From Fimbriosthenelais zetlandica (taxonomy: Eukaryota): 64,000 nt of DNA. The stretch lies in assembly GCA_977030845.1 (NCBI GenBank), contig OZ365109.1, forward strand, positions 37,696,001-37,760,000, written 5' to 3'. Shown here piece after piece: positions 12,557 to 21,002 of this stretch. The stretch's first letter is position 1. Each line of letters begins with the position of its first letter. The position numbers were made by a program, and so were the translations under genes. The notes below the pieces were generated by a model. The model saw only the letters and a program-made list of their open reading frames with translations, did no database searches and was not told where the DNA came from.

Positions 12557-13920
12557 GACCTGTTCCATGATTCTGTTCACGTTTCCCCATAAAAATGGTT
12601 TCATACATATCTCAATAAATAGCCGCTCTATGACTCTTATATTGGTTTCATTCAATTTCTCGGCCAAAATTGGACCTAGAGTACCCCGGTTTTACTGTTC
12701 TATTACCAAAATTTAAAAAAGTAGGCCCTGAAAACTAGTATTTTCATCTAATACTGACCATAAGTTCTCACGTAATTGCACAAAAAAGATATACTGTGGG
12801 AAATTGCATTGCTTTTATCCTATTGTGTAGGCATGATTGTTCATTCATATTAAAAATATTATTATGCTTTGAAAACGATTTTTATGGAAAATACAGAAAA
12901 AAAATTATGTGGGAAGAAAAATGTCACCGTAACGTAACGAATCATTTAAAAGGCAGTATCACAGCTGAATTAAGAATTGACAATGTCATATTGATAAACA
13001 CAATTTATAGAACGGTTGAACAAAGTTACAAACTAAAATGATAAGTTTTGATACTTTTTCTGTGTATTGAAATGACAGTGGGGGAGGTTTGGGGCGGGGA
13101 AATATAATATGTCACCGTAACGTAACGGATGCAATTTTAGTAATTATTCCTTAACGAAAAAACAATTAAATCTTTGTATAAAATGTATATCTATCATGAT
13201 AGGCTGACAGTAGCCTTTTATGTACCCCAAAAAATAGAGCAAAAAATGCAAATAGGAAGGAGATTTTAAAAGGAAACCATTGGTCATGTAACGTAACAAA
13301 TATGATTTCGTTACGTTACGCTGACATTAGGCTGATTTTAGACTTGAAAAATTGCATATAAAGCACTATAAAATCGATTTTGCGTTGAAATAATGCTTGG
13401 AATATGTTTAAAATATTAATGAAAAGTCATTCAGCACTCTTCTACTTAGAACTTAAAGTCGATATATAACTTTGTACTTTTTGCGTTTTTGTGATTAAAA
13501 TATGCAGATAATTAGGGCCTAGGTCACCGTGCCATAAGGAATCCATTTCTCAGAGTGTCTCAGAAATTACCCCCTGTACATTTATTGACCAAATATAGCC
13601 ATCCACATATAACGACAATGCGTCTTATAGCATGGACTAAAATATTACTAAGATTCCATGAGGAATTGTATGAACATTCTACTATCTACAGGGGAACATA
13701 CAATTGAATCCGTTACGTTACGGTGACATAATTATCATAAAATATAAGGAATTCATGTAACCACCTCCCATTCCAAGAATATTTGGTATTAGCCTGCCCA
13801 ATTTTCCCAAGTTTCGCGGATTGGGGCCAAGTATACAGCCTACCAATATGGAGTCCATAGAAGCGTTTTGAATTTTTCCTGTTTTCTAAGCCAAAAACGG
13901 ACAGATTCATGGAACAGGTC
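12557..13920. mobile_element. Non-autonomous DNA transposon with 4-bp TSD (Sola-like)
   Basis: TIR GACCTGTTCCATGA at both ends, TSD AGGT (12553-12556, 13921-13924), internal GTCACCGTAACGTAAC motifs in both orientations; no ORF. Superfamily inferred from TSD length only. Confidence 0.8.
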
Positions 13921-13978
13921 AGGTCTAACATGAATAATATTCGATTTGTTAAAAAAAAACCCGCCGTTTATTTCCCAG

Positions 13979-14092
13979 GAGTACTGGCCGGTTTCTGCAC
14001 TGTTTCCCGCACTGAGCTGACACCTCGCGGCTCGCTGTTGAACTACTGGGACAAGGATGAGCTTCAAACTGGGACTGTGTTGCCTCCTTCTG
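13979..14092 (+). CDS. Internal host exon, unidentified protein (GVLAGFCTVSRTELTPRGSLLNYWDKDELQTGTVLPPS)
   Basis: tttatttcccag|...|gtaaga; 114 nt, open only in phase 1-1; GC-richer than flanks. Confidence 0.65.
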
Positions 14093-14327
14093 GTAAGAAA
14101 ACTAACTATCCTCAATCCAGAAAACAGTTTTAAATCTAACCAAGAACTAGTCGACACGTCATTGCAAGCAATAAGTGATATTTCGTTTCCCTTGCGTTCA
14201 TGATAAGGGGGCAGGGAAACTAGAGGAACATGTGATAGTCATGCCTGATATGTGTCAATGCCACATAACACTCATTATTTTTCGTTGGCCACATCCCTGG
14301 ATCAAGGTAATCTAATCCACAATATTA

Positions 14328-15920
14328 GGCTAGCCTAGCTATTACCCCTTATTCTAAAATAGGCTAGTCTATTGAGCCTGGGACTATAAATAGACTAGTA
14401 TATATTAATAGGCTTAATAGGATAACCTATAACCTCTGGGCTAGGCTATAATAGGCTAGCTTATTAACACTTAGGCCTACCATAAAATAGGCTAAGCTAT
14501 TGACCCTGGCACTATAAATAGGCTAGCATAATTATGACAATAGTCTGGCCTACAAAAGGCTATCCTAATCCTATAAAAAAAAACTGGCCTTTAATAGGCT
14601 AGCCTATCCTTTACCCTAAAATAGGCTAAGCTACTGACCCTGCCACTATAAATAGCCTAGCATATAACAATAGGCAGGCCTATGAAATTCTAGCCTACAA
14701 TAGACCAGCCTATAATAGACTGTCCTGTAATAGGCTATGTATTAACCCTTAACCTAAAATAGGCAAAGCTATTAACCCCAGTACTATAAATGGGCTAGTA
14801 TTTAACAATAGGCTTGCCTGTAGAAGCTATTGACACTTTACATTCTGATGACAATAGTTAGTCATCTTCAGCTTGCAAGAAGTTGGTTGGGATTTCCGCT
14901 TCCGCACCTGGTGGATGACTTCTACACCAATATCTCAATCTAGTGGTAACCTAAAGTGACAAAGGAGGGTGCCTCATACAATATAGATTGGGAACACAAG
15001 AACTCCTTTTATTAATGTGCTTTCAATTTCCTGCTATATGTCTTCTCGATGTATGAATAAAATATTATTTCATATGTCGATTGTATATTCACCATTAAAT
15101 CAATTTCTTTCGCTATTTGCTTTGTGGAGGTGACTTAGTAAAGACGTTGGTGCTCTCAAACACCATAGTGAAAAGCTGGAGTGAGTTCTCTGTGTCTCGC
15201 CTACCAAAAGCCATTTAGTCAATTGACCTTGGCGCTATGCATAGGCTTGTGTTAAGCAATGTCTAGGCTAGATTATAGGCTAGGATACATGACCATAGGC
15301 TAGCCTATGAAAAGGCAGCCTGTACTAGGTTCATGCATCATTCAGATGCTCAGCTCAGCCTATGGACCCTGGCACTATGCATAGGCTGGTGTAAAGCAAT
15401 ATCTAGGCTAGGATATAAGCAAGGACACATGACCATAGGCTAGCCTATAAAAAGCCAGCCTATACTAGGCTATTGCATCATTTGGATGCTTGATCCTAGC
15501 CTGTTAACCATTACCCTTAAATAGGCTAAGCTATTTATGCCGAGACTATAAATAGGCTAGAATATATCAATAGGACAGCCTCTAACAGACTAGCCTACAA
15601 TAAGTCAGCCTATTCCCTCTTACCCTAAAATAGGCTAAGCTATTGACCTTGGTAGGCCTACTATAAATAGGCTAGCATATAACAATAGGCTGGCCTATAA
15701 TAGGCTTGCCTATTCTCTCTTACCCTAACATAGGCTTAGTTATTGACCCTGGGACAATAAATAGGCCAGTATACAACAATAGGCTGACCTATAAAATGCT
15801 AGCCTACAATGAATATCTTATAATAGGCTAGGATTTGAACCCACACTGTAGAAATACCTTTGGTATGACATGCCAGCAATCCTACAATAGGCCAGCCTAT
15901 ATTAATTAACCCTTACCCTA
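14328..15920. repeat. Diverged tandem array (~95-135-bp units rich in TAGGCTA, core ctataaataggctag)
   Basis: About 9-10 recognisable units (accctaaaataggctaagctattgaccctggcactataaataggctagcatataac) in two blocks, ~14328-14830 and ~15225-15920. Confidence 0.85.
15826..15885 (-). pseudogene. Partial tRNA-like sequence (B box, no A box)
   Basis: Minus strand GTAGGATTGCTGGCATGTCA...GGGTTCAAATCCTAGCC aligns by eye with 16055-16113 at 47/61 columns. Confidence 0.6.
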
Positions 15921-16035
15921 GAATATGCTAATTAGATAGTGGACTGTTTATTTCATGAGTTATTCATGTGCTGAATAGCTCCCATCCACCACAGATCAAG
16001 TGCCACCCAGTTAAAAACCATATCTTTGCACATTA

Positions 16036-16120
16036 GCCAAGATAGCTCAGTTGGGTAGATTGCTGGTGTGTCAGTCCATTGGTTCTTTCTTCAGCATGGG
16101 TTCGAATCCTGCCTCTGGCT
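16036..16120 (+). tRNA. tRNA-like Pol III cassette/pseudogene (Ser/Leu-type long variable arm)
   Basis: A box TAGCTCAGTTGG (16043-16054), B box GGTTCGAATCC (16099-16109), GCCA.../...TGGC acceptor-like ends, 85 nt, T4 at 16125-16128. 3' half resembles eukaryotic tRNA-Ser; D and anticodon arms mispaired. Confidence 0.55.
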
Positions 16121-16514
16121 TAGCTTTTACCCATTCTCTTTAAAATTAGCTAACTCTCTTAATAATTGATGGATTGCCACCAAATTTTAGATTTAGGTAG
16201 ATCTCACCATTCCGCACATGTGGACATGATTTTTTTTTCAAGTTTGCATACAAAATATCATGACCTCATTTTGAAATGTCATATCGTGGCCAACAAAATA
16301 GTCAATTACAAAATTAAGTAGTTCATGCTAACAAGAAGCCTCTAATCAAAAGATAGCTGCCTCATGATTCACCTTTGTGGAGCGGTTAAGGACGAGGCAG
16401 GCTTTATATGATTTCATGCTAATTAGCTAATTAGCGAAAAATAATTAGGGTGTGACGAACCCCTAAATATAAAACAATATCTAAAACATAAAATATCCAG
16501 ACTCAGCACAAGCA

Positions 16515-18839
16515 GTGAAGTGGTTTTGGGATAAAATATACACCCCAGATCCAGTGACAGTAGTTAATCTATCTAGCAAGACACTCTCAAATTCACAGCT
16601 TTCAGTCCTTTCTAAGGGTCTTAACTTCTGCCCAACCCCACGTCCCCCTAATATATCATCTTTTTCGGATGACTGGGACACCTACTCTAATAAACTTCGT
16701 TGGGATCTCCATTTCCATGGCAAAGACATGCCATCCCAGACTGAGTTTGAACGCACAGTAGCTTCCCAAAAGATCTTTAGGGGTCCGGCCCCGACAAAAG
16801 CCCCCACGGGTAACAATACCTTAGAAAGCTTCATCCTTTTAGGCGGCTGCCAAACGGCAGAAACAAGCTTTGATGTACAAAACTTCAAAAATCTATCCAG
16901 GTTTGAGTGGGAAGCTTTGCTGTCCCTAACACGAGATAGGGACATAACTATCAAGAAGGCAGACAAAGGGGGTGCAGTAGTAGTTTTAGACACTTCTGAC
17001 TATGTTGAGGAAGCCAGGCGCCAACTTAGTGACGAACGGTTTTACAAGAAATTGGATTCAGACCCCACAAAGGAGTTCTCTGATCAAATTTCCAACACCC
17101 TGCTCCTCTTAGAAAAGAGGGGAGAGATAACAAAGGGAATCCTCCGAAAAGTACAAACGAAAGAACCGAGGACGCCTAGTTTTTACTGCCTTCCTAAGAT
17201 CCATAAAACATCACGACCGCCCCCTGGCCGACCAATCATCTCAGGCAATGGCAGTTGTACTGAGAAGATATCAGCATTGTTAGATGTCTGCCTCAGACCT
17301 CTAGTACCCAAAATAGCCTCCTATGTCAAAGACACAGTACATTTTCTGAACATCCTACAATCCCCAATGGTGAAGAATAAAGTTAACCAACATTCTTTAC
17401 TCTGTACATTAGATGTTAGTTCTCTCTATACCAACATCCCAAATGAAGAGGGGATAGAAGCAGTATTGGAAGCAATGGGGCGCCATAGACAAGTTGTCCA
17501 AGGTACATTTAGACAACAGACTGTCCGCCAGCTTTTGAAGTTTGTCCTGGAATGCAACAACTTTGAGTTCAATGGACAAAATTATCTTCAAATAGGCGGT
17601 ACAGCCATGGGTACTAGGGTGGCACCTACTTTTGCTAATTTGTTCATGGCGAAACTAGAAGAAGACAATATCTACCCAATGCGACCAGAACCGGTATTAT
17701 GGTTAAGATTTATTGATGACATTTTCCTCATCTGGAATGATGGGGAGGAAACGCTGGTAGACTTCATAAAAAAAGTCAATGAAGCTCATCCATCCATTAA
17801 GTTCACAGCTTCATTCTCTCACAGAGAAATAGATTTCCTGGATGTGAAGGTCTGTTTGTTGGGTGGTAACATCCACACTGATCTACACTGTAAAGAAACG
17901 GACGCCCATAACCTGCTTCACTACGAGTCAGCTCACCCCATACACTCTAAGAGAGGTATTCCCAAGAGCCAATTCTTAAGACTCCGCCGCATATGTAGCC
18001 AGCAGTCTGTTTTTGACAAGAGAGGTCTCATCCTAGGAACCTATCTCCTTCGCAGGAAGTATCCGTTGAGACTCTTGGTCCGTAGTTTCTTAGAAGTATG
18101 TGACACACCTCGCCAGTCACTCTTATTACCAAAAGATGACTCTACAAGTAACCAGAACAGATCAGTGCTGGTGACCACATATCACCCAAGCTTCAAGGGT
18201 TTTCAACATATAGTTGAACCAAAGTGGGACTTGTTGGGCTCTTCGAAAACCACTGAACACATCCATAAGAAGGAGTTCACAGTTGGGCTTAGGAGACAGA
18301 AGAACCTTAGTGAATGGTTAGTGAGAGCAAAAATTAAACATGGACAAACACAAGTCACCCCACTGAAGTCAACCCATAGATTGTGCCAGCGGAGCAATTG
18401 TCGGTATTGCGTGAGGCTCAACAACACAGGCAGAATCCAATCGTATGCCACAGGGGTTTTATTCACATGCATGAAAAAAGTCACTTGCAAGAACTCCAAC
18501 CTTATATACTGCCTCCAGTGTAAGAGATGTGGCAAACAATATGTGGGACAGACCAAAAATACACTCATGACAAGGTTCCAAGCCCATTTCGACCACATTG
18601 GGAACAAACGAATGGAAACAGATATGGGCGCGCACTTCAATTCCAATGGTCATGTAGGTCTAGATGATGTAGAAATCTTCATCTTAGAATTCATACCACA
18701 TCACCCAGAGAAACCTTTGGCGGCCATGGTTAGAGACCGCCGTGAGAGAGCATGGATAGCCAATCTAAAGACTACAGCCCCACATGGCCTGAACTGGAAT
18801 GACGCACCATCCTTTAGGAAACATGTCCCAAAATCATGA
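16515..18839 (+). CDS. PLE polyprotein: reverse transcriptase + Cys-rich linker + GIY-YIG endonuclease
   Basis: RT motifs PGRPIISG, LDVSSLYTNIP, YLQIGGTAMGT, WLRFIDDIF; CQRSNCRYC; GIY-YIG NLIYCLQCKRCGKQYVGQT...R...RERAWI...GLN. No internal stops; starts at GTG, N-terminus probably truncated. Confidence 0.93.
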   Translation: MKWFWDKIYTPDPVTVVNLSSKTLSNSQLSVLSKGLNFCPTPRPPNISSFSDDWDTYSNKLRWDLHFHGKDMPSQTEFERTVASQKIFRGPAPTKAPTGNNTLESFILLGGCQTAETSFDVQNFKNLSRFEWEALLSLTRDRDITIKKADKGGAVVVLDTSDYVEEARRQLSDERFYKKLDSDPTKEFSDQISNTLLLLEKRGEITKGILRKVQTKEPRTPSFYCLPKIHKTSRPPPGRPIISGNGSCTEKISALLDVCLRPLVPKIASYVKDTVHFLNILQSPMVKNKVNQHSLLCTLDVSSLYTNIPNEEGIEAVLEAMGRHRQVVQGTFRQQTVRQLLKFVLECNNFEFNGQNYLQIGGTAMGTRVAPTFANLFMAKLEEDNIYPMRPEPVLWLRFIDDIFLIWNDGEETLVDFIKKVNEAHPSIKFTASFSHREIDFLDVKVCLLGGNIHTDLHCKETDAHNLLHYESAHPIHSKRGIPKSQFLRLRRICSQQSVFDKRGLILGTYLLRRKYPLRLLVRSFLEVCDTPRQSLLLPKDDSTSNQNRSVLVTTYHPSFKGFQHIVEPKWDLLGSSKTTEHIHKKEFTVGLRRQKNLSEWLVRAKIKHGQTQVTPLKSTHRLCQRSNCRYCVRLNNTGRIQSYATGVLFTCMKKVTCKNSNLIYCLQCKRCGKQYVGQTKNTLMTRFQAHFDHIGNKRMETDMGAHFNSNGHVGLDDVEIFILEFIPHHPEKPLAAMVRDRRERAWIANLKTTAPHGLNWNDAPSFRKHVPKS

Positions 18840-19585
18840 ATGAATGGATATGCATAAAAGTAGGGATTGTGTAACTGCCGCAATTCGCACAACGCTTATC
18901 CATTAGAATTTATAGTGGATAACTATAGGCCTAGATAGATATCATCTAGAAACACAGAGAGGAGAAACGATAGAAGAGGAATTTTCACCTGTGTAGGGGA
19001 ATCACTGCATTTCTTGTCTAAAAAAATATATTTTGTCTTGTACCTCTATAACACACAGATTCAGCTTTACAGCTCTTTTCCTCCATTTCTCTTTACTATA
19101 GAGATTTTTCATGTTCGAAATACATCTCTAATTGTGATCGATCTCTGTCCCTGCTCAGCTTTTTCTATCTCCTTTTAGCTGAGGAGGTGAGTATTACGAC
19201 TTTCTAGATAAAGTACATCTAACTTTCAGTTCACATCCAGAGTCTGGATAGGCCTAGCCTACTGATGAAATTTTGAACCCTGCTTAGGGTTTAAACTAAA
19301 GTAGAACCACACTGGTCACTGATGTTTTGGATAATGTTGTTTTTGTCCCCAAGGATCATACCCATACAGGAGAAAAGGAGACATCACATGTAAGGGGGTA
19401 ATACATGTATACCTGCATTTGGGAGGAGCCCCTAGCTTTCCCAGTAAAGTATGGCTTCATTTGAAACCATCACCGTGCTACCCAGGATCCAAGCGGGAAC
19501 TTAGATCCACAGACAGATAGACTGGTGCTGCCACCTAGGATCTATCTCAGTTTTTCCCCCATAACCTGCAGTCCTATTTCCAAAA

Positions 19586-19749
19586 CAATGCCTGATGAGT
19601 CAAAAATGATGAAACCGTATTTTTTCACATTTATTCCCTATTCATACCTTTGTGACACCACCTGGAACAAAAAGGTTATACGTTTCATTTCCTACCCACA
19701 AGGGTTTGCAGGAAGTGCAGGTCAAGAAGGGTCAGATACGGTCGCATTG
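19586..19749 (+). ncRNA. Type I hammerhead ribozyme with 115-nt loop III
   Basis: Stem I CAATGC(19586-91)/GCATTG(19744-49); core CTGATGA; stem II GTC/GAT with AAAAAT loop; GAAA; stem III ACCGTAT(19614-20)/ATACGGT(19736-42); GUC triplet, predicted cleavage after 19743. Confidence 0.85.
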
Positions 19750-20423
19750 AAGTGGGGACCTCGCTCTCTGTCTATGTTGTTCATATAAAACATAAAATAT
19801 ATTCATATCACATATAAATACGAAACTCACCAATATAACATTACTCCAATAGTTCCCTATTCTCACACTAGGTGATTTCACAATAGCTTCATCATGTTAG
19901 CCCTGTATTACGTAATAGTTACATCTCATTACCATATTTCCCATAGTTCCACCATGTCATTAGCATAATTTCGCAATAGGGAAAAACCCATGTTCACCGC
20001 TGCCTATATAAAGGCAGCGGCCTACCTCAATAAAATAGTTCAGTTCACACTGACAACTCAACTGATCCACATCTCCTTTGAGCTTTTTGATCGATACCAG
20101 ACCTTCCGATTCTACATATTCTCCAGATAAACCCAGCATTCAACATTTCTACAACTCAGCTCTCACTTCACTCCAGCTTCCATACCCCCTGCATCCACAC
20201 AACGATCCGTGCCCGTTACAAGGGCACAGGTCAAATGATGGGATCAAATGATAGGGCATCATAGACATGTAACATAGTACCAGTGCCATGACTTTTGGTT
20301 GGCAGATTCCTGAAAAAACTGCCATTACATTTTACCATTTTTCAAATTCATGACATCTTTGTGATGTCACCTGATGTCACATGATGTCAGTTTCACACAT
20401 TATGAACACTTCTTAACATGCCC

Positions 20424-20917
20424 TATAGTTGGTTTCAATAATGATGCCGTTTGAATTGGACAGACTTTAATTTCCTATTTGCCGTCAAAACTGTAACAAT
20501 ATATGTAACAATACAATGTCATAATGTGTATCAAATACCTTACAATGGGTAGGAATATATATTGAACTTGAATAGTCCTTATTAACAAGTTAACATTACA
20601 AAGTAATACATTAATCACAAACTAACCTTTTTGGCTCCTTTTTAAACATTTGAAAACCAACAAATCATGTAGAGGTGTGACTTGCAATTAGACCTGGTAG
20701 GCCTACACACAGTTGTACCATGGCACACAACATGCCTCCACTGAGGATCCAATGCAAGTGAGTGGGCAGTGTAGTGATCAGTATACACCAGTGCACGTAC
20801 CCATACACCCACTCATACATCAGCCCATACATGCACGCATACATCAAACCCATACAGGCACGCACGCGATGGTGCATATGGTTGCAATTAAAACCTTACT
20901 TTATGTTACCCGTTACA
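20424..20917 (-). repeat. BEL 3' LTR
   Basis: Direct repeat of 28122-28615; 2 substitutions seen by eye; minus strand begins TGTAAC and ends ACTATA. Confidence 0.95.
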
Positions 20918-21002
20918 CTCCCACCAATCATATAACTAACCTCAAGGCTTATATGATTTATCTATACCAATAATCGTAAATTTATGCTTATAATCTTGAA
21001 AT

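Larger units (their letters stand above)
16497..19785 (+). mobile_element. Penelope-like retroelement (Neptune-like), 5'-truncated
   Basis: 15-bp direct repeat TAAAACATAAAATAT at 16482-16496 and 19786-19800 brackets the RT-GIY-YIG ORF, ~950 bp of 3' sequence and a hammerhead motif. Confidence 0.88.
16451..20220 (+). mobile_element. Solo LTR (466 bp once the PLE is removed; 4-bp TSD, Gypsy-like)
   Basis: TGTGACG...CGTTACA termini, TSD AGGG (16447-16450, 20221-20224), TATATAAA at 20005-20012, AATAAA at 20029-20034. Confidence 0.8.

Noticed and set aside
16036-16515. tRNA-like unit acting as an internal Pol III promoter of the Penelope-like element
   Set aside because: The PLE's 15-bp TSD (16482-16496) and the solo LTR's left end (16451) lie between them, and a T4 terminator follows the tRNA-like unit.
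19179-19186. Splicing-assembled hammerhead using the CTGAGGAG micro-exon as the core
   Set aside because: Joining to acceptors at ~19230, 19571 or ~19710 gives no stem II plus GAAA. An intron filling loop III (19617-19735) has poor donor and acceptor context.
19256-19306. SECIS element, box C/D motif or second hammerhead (CTGATGA plus TTGAACCCT/AGGGTTTAA hairpin)
   Set aside because: No GA on the 3' side for a SECIS quartet, CTAA instead of CTGA for box D, and no GAAA for a hammerhead.
19996-20220. TATA/AATAAA block as part of the PLE pseudo-LTR
   Set aside because: It lies beyond the PLE's right TSD (19786-19800) and within TG...CA/AGGG-bounded LTR sequence.
20208-20228. Helitron-type 3' hairpin GTGCCC-GTTACAA-GGGCAC
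   Set aside because: It straddles the LTR end and its TSD/flank, and no CTAG follows.
20665-20973. ORFs duplicated at 20665-20973 and 28363-28714
   Set aside because: They are incidental frames in the two BEL LTRs.
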